From Ascidiella aspersa (taxonomy: Eukaryota): a stretch of 64,000 bases of DNA. The notes beneath the pieces are model-generated. The model worked only from the letters and a program-made list of their open reading frames with translations, did not search any database and was not told the DNA's origin. Made by a program: the position numbers and the translations under genes. The DNA is taken from NCBI GenBank assembly GCA_963924565.1, contig OZ004610.1, positions 6,076,001 to 6,140,000 of the forward strand. Reading direction: 5' to 3'. This document shows, piece by piece, positions 49,401 to 61,408 of the stretch (position 1 is the stretch's first letter; each line of letters opens with the position of its first letter).

Positions 49401-52400
49401 ATGAAGATTCTGCTAGTTCTTCTGGCGTGCATTGCCGTAAGTTGTTGCCATTTCTTTAGGAGTATTTTCTATATTTTATAGACCTATAGCTTACGATTGT
49501 GGACAATATTTGTTGCAGGCCTCAAATGCATTTTGCACCTACTCCTACTCCTACTCCTACTACTACAGAAGGCAGTTCTGTGTTCAACCCGCACCACAGA
49601 CCTTCTGCTTCAACATCTATTTCAACAGAGCCTGGTGTTCCTCCAAGTTCTACGCTCCCATCCTCAAGTACTACCCAGGAGATGACTGCGGCAAAGATGG
49701 TTGGCAAGGTACAAAATGGCCATGCTTTAGGTTAAAATGTAAAAAGAATAACATATATCAAAACCTAATTATCAATCTCAACTTGTTACAGGGTAGACAA
49801 CAGTTAAATTTCCCTAAGTAAAGATATTACCCGTTTTCATTTGCAGAACGCACCATCGCCGAAGTTGAAACTGAAATGAGCAATTTGCTCAAAGAAAGTC
49901 TTGCCACCATTGTCAGCGAAATGACCACAAAGAAGAACGCGTGGATTGCAGACGTTGAGAAGGTTATTGCTGACTACAAGACCGACTTCGCCACATACAT
50001 CAACAGATACTACGAGTACTATATCTCGTAAGTAGTTCAAACAAATTGGTTTTGTGAACAATAACAGTACCTAGAGTAGTAGATTATTAATATTTGTAGA
50101 TCGGTATATAGATGTTTGTGTAGCGATCACTGGTAATTTGATTTCATGTTGGTGTGCAACAAATTTTTCCACTGGGTCCCTCGTAATAGTGTTATTCAAT
50201 TCCAATCATTTTTGACTTTCTAGAAATGCCAGCACTGACGAAGAGAAGGCCGAACTCGAAGCTAAAAGAGACGCCAGGATTGCCAAATACAACGACGATC
50301 TTGACAACAGTAAAGCAGAGGCTTTGAAGAGCTACAACACCGCGATGGAAGCAAAGATCCAGTCTATTACTGATTACCACACCAAGCTCCTTGAGAAGTA
50401 TATTAATTTGATGTGGTTTTAATTATTGTAAAATCTTATATTTCTAACTTTATGTTATTATATTGCTGATGCTACGAATCAAAAAAAAACTTCAACACAT
50501 ATTTATTTTATAGTGCTGTAAAATGTCTGACAACCAGACAACAAAAAATCAAAGAATACACCGAGCAGTTGACTACCAAAATGACCGAATACGTTGAAAA
50601 ATACTACAAGTATCTTTTGGCGGTCCTCAAGGTTCGTGAAGACCGTTACAGGAAGACACTTGAAGTTGTTCATGGTAAATTGAGATCGCAAATGCCTAAT
50701 CTTTAAATAGAATTAATTCTTAGACGATCATATTTTTGCTAGGGGACTACGCCGAAGGTTTCAAGGATAAAATCGATGCCGTCATCCAGTCGTTCCACGA
50801 CCAAGAATGTATTCTGATCAAGACCAAATCTTTGGAATATTTGGCCAAACTTTTGATCACCAAAGCCAAGCTGGTTTCCTACTACACATGTTCCTACCGC
50901 TGCTACCTCACCAACGGCTGTCTTCAATTCTACAAACGTAGCTACTACAACACTTGGTAAATATATTAAATGAAATTTCCAATTGTTTGTTTCAATTTCT
51001 TGGATTTCGATATATCTACTTAAAAATAACAGTAAAAAACATGTTTTGATTTACCAGAATAAAAATTATGTTTACAAAGGCTCGATTAATATTATAGCAA
51101 TAAACCTACTAACTCGTAAAATGTGACAGAACATTTTACTTTTTAGCCGTTCTTTGGGATGTTGGTGGAGCTACACCAGGTGCTCTTACAAAATATATGG
51201 TTGCTTGTCCGGTTACTCCTACTGCTGGCGTGGCATCAGCTACAAGGGATTGAAGACATGTGACGTTGGTAAGATATAGTTAGTAGTTATATGTCATGGA
51301 CAAGATTTATAACGTAACGCAGATTTTCGCGCTTTATGTTAACTGTAGTTGCACAGTCGTACTGAAAAAATAGAACGATTTTTTGGCTTAATTAAGTGGT
51401 GACGTTATTACGTAACTCATTAGATCATATGTAAAAAACAATGATACAGCAAAGATAAAAAGTTTTCCGTGTCTACAAGTGTTTTTTTTAACAGGAACCA
51501 TTAACAAGAGCGTGGAGGACATCAAAGCAGAACTTGAGGCTCAACTTTCAAAGGCTGTAGGAGAATATACGACAAAATTCAATGAATGGAAGGCGAAGTG
51601 GGCTCAATACCACGTCGATTACATTAAGGCATACAAAGAAATCATCGAGGCAAGACACGCCAACATCATCAAGTCAAAGACTGCTTACTACGTTTGCTTG
51701 TAAGATAAAAATCTTGGTCAATTTCGATTTAAAAAAAATATAACATTTCATAAGAAAACACTCAAAATATTAGTAACCTATGTCAATATTTACGTTATTC
51801 TAAAACATCGCATTTCTATACTCTAAATTTTTGTGTTGCGTTTCAGAAACAACAGTACTGAACTGACTGATGAACAAAAGGCAGCAATCGCAGCCCTTAC
51901 CCAGGAACTGAAGGAAAAAATGGAAACAGCAATTGCTGAGTACACTGCAAAATTGTTGGCTAGTCTCCTCGAATGCGCCGCAAAGTTCGCCAAGAGCATT
52001 GCAGATTACACAACTAAGGTGAACGAAATGATCAAGAGCATCACCGACAAGTACACCGAATGCTTGGCCACTCGCATTACGAAGATTGCTGATTACAAGA
52101 AGAAACTTGAAGATAGCCGCGACAAACAAAGATCAGCTTTGTTGGATTCTTTGGTCAAGGTTCGCAAAAAACATATATTGACAAAAATCTTAATTTGTGT
52201 TATATTATTAGACAATTAACTAATTACCATATTTGTAATATTGTGATCTAAACTATTGTGTGCTTGCAGACCAAGAATGCTTTCTGGAAGACATACGTTG
52301 CAATGTATGAGTTCCATCACGGCGAAACCCTTCCCGATTCGGTCAACGTGCTTGGTAATGCTTATGCTGATAAGCTGGTGATCTATTGCAACTCGATCCT

Positions 52401-52841
52401 TGCTGAGTTCGATGCCCACTGGACAGACGTCCTCGACAAGTTGGTGCTTCACTACACTTGCTGCGCCAAGTGCTACGTGGGAAGATTCTGTATGCCGAGA
52501 TTCTGCTACGGAAGCTACTTCAGCTGGAAATTCACACTTCCTTGTGTTAACTCCTACAGCTACTGTTACACCAGATATGTGTAAGTTGTTTTGTTTAAAT
52601 TACACAATTTTTTGCTTTAAAACAACAATCAAAAACTAATTTGTAGTAAAAACAAATATATCTTTTAACGCGTAATATTGTCGCAGAATAATTTATTTCG
52701 AACTTATTGCACTGTTTGCATGTGACGTAATGTAACTTTTAAAATTGGTTGCTACATTTGATATTTCTTATTTTGTTTTGCAGACGCACCTGCAGTTACC
52801 GTGTCAGGTATTGCAGCGGATACTACAGATACTGCGCCTAA
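49401..52841 (+). CDS. Copy D: secreted Tyr/Cys-rich helical protein, 654 aa, 11 exons
   Basis: Same structure as C, with the Lys codon intact and an extra in-frame TCCTAC (Ser-Tyr) in exon 2. Stop 52839-52841. Confidence 0.9.
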
Positions 52842-55800
52842 CCTTGAAATCAAGAAAAGTAGCGCATTCCGAATGCCCGTAGTAATATAAAAAAAAAATT
52901 CATCCAGAAAATACTTGTGTGTTGTTTTAGTTTGCTTCGTTACGCGAAGATTTATCTGAAATATTATTGGTTTTTGTCTGAAACAATTCTCCAGAAATAA
53001 AGTATTTTAAAGGGTAAAATGAATGTCTTGCCAAATTTTGAGCACTTGGTGGCCAAGATTAAACAACAAGATACTCTTAGGGTCAATCGACAAATACCTT
53101 AAACGAACTTTGGCAAACCGCAATCCTCTGGTCTCTAAAATGTTTACGCTGCCGGTGAAAAACAATTAATTTTAATTTAAATCAAAAAATACATTCTTGG
53201 TTTATTCTATGAGACCAATGACACTTCATATTTACCGTATTTACAAACAGGAAGTTTCGTAAAATAAACAGAAAATTAAAGAATTTCATAACATATAACA
53301 TATTTAAAGACAGACATATTTGATAACAATGTAAATAAGGTTAATTTTTACGGTCCGCTTAATACATGAACATTTTTCTCTAAAAAACGTAAATGGATTA
53401 AAACCCAGTCAATTCATTTGCACAACATGGTAAATTCAAGTAGAGTGATTTTGAATAAATAGCAAGTCTCAATCCAAGTAATTTGCTGTGCAAGTGATAA
53501 TTATTAAACTTTTAAACCTTATGGGAATTTTACATTGTGATCAACATTTTAAAACACAAACACAAAAACAAAACAAATAGCAAGTCAACATTTTCACATT
53601 TCAGAATTGGCTAAAATAACCCAATTTTATTGAAAAGTATTCAACAAAAGATCTTAACATACGTGAAGGTATTTGTCTAAATAACTTTGATCAAATCATG
53701 TCAACACAGTGACTTAAGTGCAATTAGGTCAAGTCATTAGTTTGCTTTATTCGCCAGGACTTTTTAGTTGCGAAGAGTAGGTGACACCGGATATAAAAGT
53801 ATTTGGTTTGTAATCCACGTTTATTAGACGAATTTAAAATCAGTTTTCGCATAAAACCAGAAAAGTTTACACGACTAAAGCAAATGTTTTAAGGTTTCAA
53901 ACGAATTTAGCAGGAAATTATTCGGCATTATTTTCGCCAGTGCTTTTCAGATTTTTCAATCGCCGAGTACTTTTAATTTCCTAATCTAGCGCCGGCTTTA
54001 AAGTTTTACAGGGACAAGCAAAATGTTTTTATTTGTCTAATTTTCTGTACGCATTTGCAAAATCTGTACAACAAATTCAATCAACACGATGATAAACCAA
54101 AGCTTCTGAACTGGCAATGCTGCGCGATGTTCAGGTTCAGTATGGCGTTGTGTCCCCGGCAAACCCTTCATACTTCCCTGATGTGCTAATGTTATGGTCC
54201 TTGGTTTTTAATCCATGTTTTGTTTTTTTAACGAATTTCAAATTAGGTTTCGCAAAAACTAAGAAAGTTTACAAAGCTACAACAAACGTTTTAAGGGTTC
54301 AAACGAATTGAGCAGGAAGTTTGTCGGCATTATTTTCGCCAGTGCTTCTCACAATTATCAGTCGCCAATTCCTTTTAATTTCCTAAACTAGCACCGACTT
54401 GAAGTTTTTACAAAGACAAGCAAAATGTTTTTATTTGTCTGATTTTCCGTGCGCATTTGTTAACGACAAGGTAATATAGGCCTACTCGCCAGCCCTAAAA
54501 CACTTTGAACGAGTAACAGTTTATGCAAACCCTGGCTTAAATATTAGTGTCAATAACAATATTTGGTAACACAATATGTGCTAAACTGTTTGGTAACATT
54601 TCAATATTATAGAATGAAAAGTAGATGTAAAATCTGTGATGGAAGACCAGTTGATCACCAATATAACTTATCGCTTGAGTTAAAACAAACCACACACAGT
54701 TAGCATAAAAAATTACTAGTGACGTACATTAACTTTTCGAAACGCGACATTCGACCAACAAACTGAAGAAAGTCATCGACGTCACCACTTCAAGCATCCG
54801 AACGAATATCGATGAGTAAACACTGGGCGACAAAATTGCAACTAAACAAACCAAATCGTCGTGGTGTGTTTTTTTAGGACAAACCATGAGCCACTCAACA
54901 CGAAATCGCAATGTTAAACGATTAAAATACACCGAAGAATTTGAGTGTACTTCAATTGTTGCCTTAGTGTCTCAGTATTTTTTTACTGACATCAATTGCA
55001 GCGGACTATGGGTAAGCACATCATATCCGCATTTATGTGCTGTATGCATAATCACTAATTCAAAGATGTAGAGAAAAAGAAATTGCACGACTTTGGTATT
55101 GCATTAACCCAACTTAAATTTTAGCAGGCCGATAAATATTTGTGCCTTTGTAGAGTGAACTCTCTGGCCTTTCAAACACATCCCTGTCGGGTGAATCAAT
55201 TGATCTTGTACTATTCGCCAAGTCTACCGTAGTTTTTCAAATATTTTAATGAATGGATAAGTGGCTGAACAATTTTTTAACTTGTGTTCCACTAAGAAAA
55301 CAACAAAACACGAATGGCACTTCCCAAACTTATAATTCAAAATCAAACATTATTTCTAAAGGGAAACTATTATAAATGTAAAAGTTGATGCATAAATCAA
55401 ATACATTTTATATTTTTATGAGTAGGCCTATGTACATCTTGTTGAAACATGCTTTGGATTGGTTAAATACCGTAGGATTGTATAAGTGGGTGTGTAATTT
55501 GCACGCATTAAACACTTTTTCACAGTCTATATCAGATACAAAATAAAGCAAATTATGATAGGAGTTCTACAAATCACTTCACCTAAAAAGCTTTATAAAT
55601 CACTAAATGCACCAAAATGTCAAATAAGCCATATTTTCAAACGCGATATACTTCTACCAAGTCAAATAGGATGATCAGTATCCCCACTTTAATTATGTAA
55701 ACAAATATCTCGAGTAAACACTGAACGGAACAAGTACAACTAATCATACCAAAATGACAAGGTGTGTTTTTTGCTCAAACCATAAGAGCCTTTGCAGTCA

Positions 55801-56671
55801 GCGACCTTTGAAAAAACACTCAATACGCAAACACAAAGTAAAACGGTTTAAATTTATGTACATTGGAGAACTCGAGTGTACTTTATCTGTTTGCCGCAAC
55901 TCAATATTTTCATTTTAACGAACATCATTTGATTAATATCTGACGACGCGGGAAATCAGGCGATATCCGTATTGACTTGATGTTTGCATAGTAACTAATG
56001 AGAGATGTAGAGTGACGATAATGCACGATATTGCTATTGCAACAACCAAACCTAAGGTTTTGCAGTTGGTTGAATAAACAAGTTTGTCTTTGTAGACCGA
56101 TCATCAGACTCTCAGAAGTTACTTAATGCGAAAGAGGTAGGCCTACTCAACTCGAAAAATGTGATGTTAACCGCTTTAAAACTTTGAACAACAAGTGTAC
56201 TTCATTCGTCGTCGGTGTTACCGAATATTTTTTTTCTTACAACATCATTGAATCAACTTTGTACATGGCGGGAAAACAGATCATATCCGCATTGTGCATC
56301 CTGTTTGTATAATCGGGACTCAACATGATTGCAGTAACTTTTTTGCGATGCGGAAAAACAGATCATATCCGTATTGCGTATCCTGTTTGTATAATCGGGA
56401 CTTCAACACAGGACGAGAGACGCTAATTGCACGATTTGTTATTGCAGCATACAAACTTAAAATCATCCAGGGAACACTTTAATATGACGTATCTCTGTAA
56501 AGTGATCTGTTATTTCAGGTGCGGAGAGTCGTTCAGTGTCGTTCACGAGACGAGTTGTTCCTGCTTGTGGCCACGTGCAATGAACAAGCAAAACATTCAA
56601 GTGTCATTAACGATAATATGGATTTGTGATTTTTGCAAGATTAAAGGATCTTGTTTACCGCCATGGAAGTC

Positions 56672-56706
56672 TATAAAAGTCCAGCAGCGATCAATGCAAA
56701 TCATTC
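56672..56706 (+). promoter_or_regulatory. TATA box + initiator of copy E
   Basis: TATAAAA from 56672, TCATTC 56701-56706. Confidence 0.75.
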
Positions 56707-56748
56707 AGCTCTACCCAAGGAAGAGATTCAATTGGAAGAGAAACAAAG

Positions 56749-59700
56749 ATGAAGATTCTGCTAGTTCTTCTGGCGTGCATTGCCGTAAGTTGTTGCCATT
56801 TCTTTAGGAGTATTTTCTATATTTTATAGACCTATAGCTTACGATTGTGGACAATATTTGTTGCAGGCCTCAAATGCATTTTGCACCTACTCCTACTCCT
56901 ACTACTACAGAAGGCAGTTCTGTGTTCAACCCGCACCACAGACCTTCTGCTTCAACATCTATTTCAACAGAGCCTGGTGTTCCTCCAAGTTCTACGCTCC
57001 CATCCTCAAGTACTACCCAGGAGATGACTGCGGCAAAGATGGTTGGCAAGGTACAAAATGGCCATGCTTTAGGTTAAAATGTAAAAAGAATAACATATAT
57101 CAAAACCTAATTATCAATCTCAACTTGTGTTGTTGCAGGGTAGACAACAGTTAAATTTCCCTAAGTAAAGATATTACCCGTTTTCATTTGCAGAACGCAC
57201 AATCGCCGAAGTTGAAACTGAAATGAGCAATTTGCTCAAAGAAAGTCTTGCCACCATTGTCAGCGAAATGACCACAAAGAAGAACGAGTGGATCGCAGAC
57301 GTTGAGAAGGTTATTGCTGACTACAAGACCGACTTCGCCACATACATCAACAGATACTACGAGTACTATATCTCGTAAGTAGTTCAAACAAATTGGTTTT
57401 GTGAACAATAACAGTACCTAGAGTAGTAGATTATTAATATTTGTAGATCGGTATATAGATGTTTGTGTAGCGATCACTGGTAATTTGATTTCATGTTGGT
57501 GTGCAACAAATTTTTCCACTGGGTCCCTCGTAATAGTGTTATTCAATTCCAATCATTTTTGACTTTCTAGAAATGCCAGCACTGACGAAGAGAAGGCCGA
57601 ACTCGAAGCTAAAAGAGACGCCAGGATTGCCAAATACAACGACGATCTTGACAACAGTAAAGCAGAGGCTTTGAAGAGCTACAACACCGCGATGGAAGCA
57701 AAGATCCAGTCTATTACTGATTACCACACCAAGCTCCTTGAGAAGTATATTAATTTGATGTGGTTTTAATTATTGTAAAATCTTATATTTCTAACTTTAT
57801 GTTATTATATTGCTGATGCTACGAATCAAAAAAAAACTTCAACACATATTTATTTTATAGTGCTGTAAAATGTCTGACAACCAGACAACAAAAAATCAAA
57901 GAATACACCGAGCAGTTGACTACCAAAATGACCGAATACGTTGAAAAATACTACAAGTATCTTTTGGCGGTCCTCAAGGTTCGTGAAGACCGTTACAGGA
58001 AGACACTTGAAGTTGTTCATGGTAAATTGAGATCGCAAATGCCTAATCTTTAAATAGAATTAATTCTTAGACGATCATATTTTTGCTAGGGGACTACGCC
58101 GAAGGTTTCAAGGATAAAATCGATGCCGTCATCCAGTCGTTCCACGACCAAGAATGTATTCTGATCAAGACCAAATCTTTGGAATATTTGGCCAAACTTT
58201 TGATCACCAAAGCCAAGCTGGTTTCCTACTACACATGTTCCTACCGCTGCTACCTCACCAACGGCTGTCTTCAATTCTACAAACGTAGCTACTACAACAC
58301 TTGGTAAATATATTAAATGAAATTTCCAATTGTTTGTTTCAATTTCTTGGATTTCGATATATCTACTTAAAAATAACAGTAAAAAACATGTTTTGATTTA
58401 CCAGAATAAAAATTATGTTTACAAAGGCTCGATTAATATTATAGCAATAAACCTACTAACTCGTAAAATGTGACAGAACATTTTACTTTTTAGCCGTTCT
58501 TTGGGATGTTGGTGGAGCTACACCAGGTGCTCTTACAAAATATATGGTTGCTTGTCCGGTTACTCCTACTGCTGGCGTGGCATCAGCTACAAGGGATTGA
58601 AGACATGTGACGTTGGTAAGATATAGTTAGTAGTTATATGTCATGGACAAGATTTATAACGTAACGCAGATTTTCGCGCTTTATGTTAACTGTAGTTGCA
58701 CAGTCGTACTGAAAAAATAGAACGATTTTTTGGCTTAATTAAGTGGTGACGTTATTACGTAACTCATTAGATCATATGTAAAAAACAATGATACAGCAAA
58801 GATAAAAAGTTTTCCGTGTCTACAAGTGTTTTTTTTAACAGGAACCATTAACAAGAGCGTGGAGGACATCAAAGCAGAACTTGAGGCTCAACTTTCAAAG
58901 GCTGTAGGAGAATATACGACAAAATTCAATGAATGGAAGGCGAAGTGGGCTCAATACCACGTCGATTACATTAAGGCATACAAAGAAATCATCGAGGCAA
59001 GACACGCCAACATCATCAAGTCAAAGACTGCTTACTACGTTTGCTTGTAAGATAAAAATCTTGGTCAATTTCGATTAAAAAAAAATATAACATTTCATAA
59101 GAAAACACTCAAAATATTAGTAACCTATGTCAATATTTACGTTATTCTAAAACATCGCATTTCTATACTCTAAATTTTTGTGTTGCGTTTCAGAAACAAC
59201 AGTACTGAACTGACTGATGAACAAAAGGCAGCAATCGCAGCCCTTACCCAGGAACTGAAGGAAAAAATGGAAACAGCAATTGCTGAGTACACTGCAAAAT
59301 TGTTGGCTAGTCTCCTCGAATGCGCCGCAAAGTTCGCCAAGAGCATTGCAGATTACACAACTAAGGTGAACGAAATGATCAAGAGCATCACCGACAAGTA
59401 CATCGAATGCTTGGCCACTCGCATTACGAAGATTGCTGATTACAAGAAGAAACTTGAAGATAGCCGCGACAAACAAAGATCAGCTTTGTTGGATTCTTTG
59501 GTCAAGGTTCGCAAAAAACATATATTGACAAAAATCTTAATTTGTGTTATATTATTAGACAATTAACTAATTACCATATTGGTAATATTGTGATCTAAAC
59601 TATTGTGTGCTTGCAGACCAAGAATGCTTTCTGGAAGACATACGTTGCAATGTATGAGTTCCATCACGGCGAAACCCTTCCCGATTCTGTCAACGTGCTT

Positions 59701-60188
59701 GGTAATGCTTATGCTGATAAGCTGGTGATCTATTGCAACTCGATCCTTGCTGAGTTCGATGCCCACTGGACAGACGTCCTCGACAAGTTGGTGCTTCACT
59801 ACACTTGCTGCGCCAAGTGCTACGTGGGAAGATTCTGTATGCCGAGATTCTGCTACGGAAGCTACTTCAGCTGGAAATTCACACTTCCTTGTGTTAACTC
59901 CTACAGCTACTGTTACACCAGATATGTGTAAGTTGTTTTGTTTAAATTACACAATTTTTTGCTTTAAAACAACAATCAAAAACTAATTTATAGTAAAAAC
60001 AAATATATCTTTTAACGCGTAATATTGTCGCAGAATAATTTATTTCGAACTTATTGCACTGTTTGCATGTGACGTAATGTAACTTTTAAAATTGGTTGCT
60101 ACATTTGATATTTCTTATTTTGTTTTGCAGACGCACCTGCAGTTACCGTGTCAGGTATTGCAGCGGATACTACAGATACTGCGCCTAA
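56749..60188 (+). CDS. Copy E: secreted Tyr/Cys-rich helical protein, 652 aa, 11 exons
   Basis: Same structure, no stop or frameshift seen. Stop 60186-60188, AATAAA at ~60240. Confidence 0.9.
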
Positions 60189-61408
60189 CCTTGAAATCAA
60201 GAAAAGTAGCGCATTCCGAATGCCCGTAGTAATATAAAAAATAAATTCATCCAGAAAATACTTGTGTGTTGTTTTAGTTTGCTTCGTTACGCGAAGATTT
60301 ATCTGAAATATTATTGGTTTTTGTCTGAAACAATTCTCCAGAAATAAAGTATTTTAAAGGGTAAAATGAATGTCTTGCCAAATTTTGAGCACTTGGTGGC
60401 CAAGATTAAACAACAAGATACTCTTAGGGTCAATCGACAAATACCTTAAACGAACTTTGGCAAACCGCAATCCTCTGGTCTCTAAAATGTTTACGCTGCC
60501 GGTGAAAAACAATTAATTTTAATTTAAATCAAAAAATACATTCTTGGTTTATTCTATAAGACCAATGACACTTCATATTTACCGTATTTACAAACAGGAA
60601 GTTTCGTAAAATAAACAGAAAATTAAAGAATTTCATAACATATAACATATTTAAAGACAGACATATTTGATAACAATGTAAATAAGGTTAATTTTTACGG
60701 TCCGCTTAATACATGAAAATTTTTCTCTAAAAAACGTAAATGGATTAAAACCCAGTCAATTCATTTGCACAACATGGTAAATTCAAGTAGAGTGATTTTG
60801 AATAAATAGCAAGTCTCAATCCAAGTAATTTGCTGTGCAAGTGATAAAAATTATTAAACTTTTAAACCTTATGGGAATTTTACATTGTGATCAACATTTT
60901 AAAACACAAACACAAAAACAAAACAAATAGCAAGTCAACATTTTCACATTTCAGAATTGGCTAAAATAACCCAATTTTATTGAAAAGTATTCAACAAAAG
61001 ATCTTAACATACGTGAAGGTATTTGTCTAAATAACTTTGATCAAATCATGTCAACACAGTGACTTAAGTGCAATTAGGTCAAGTCATTAGTTTGCTTTAT
61101 TCGCCAGGACTTTTTAGTTGCGAAGAGTAGGTGACACCGGATATAAAAGTATTTGGTTTGTAATCCACGTTTATTAGACGAATTTAAAATCAGTTTTCGC
61201 ATAAAACCAGAAAAGTTTACACGACTAAAGCAAATGTTTTAAGGTTTCAAACGAATTTAGCAGGAAATTATTCGGCATTATTTTCGCCAGTGCTTTTCAG
61301 ATTTTTCAATCGCCGAGTACTTTTAATTTCCTAATCTAGCGCCGGCTTTAAAGTTTTACAGGGACAAGCAAAATGTTTTTATTTGTCTAATTTTCTGTAC
61401 GCATTTGC

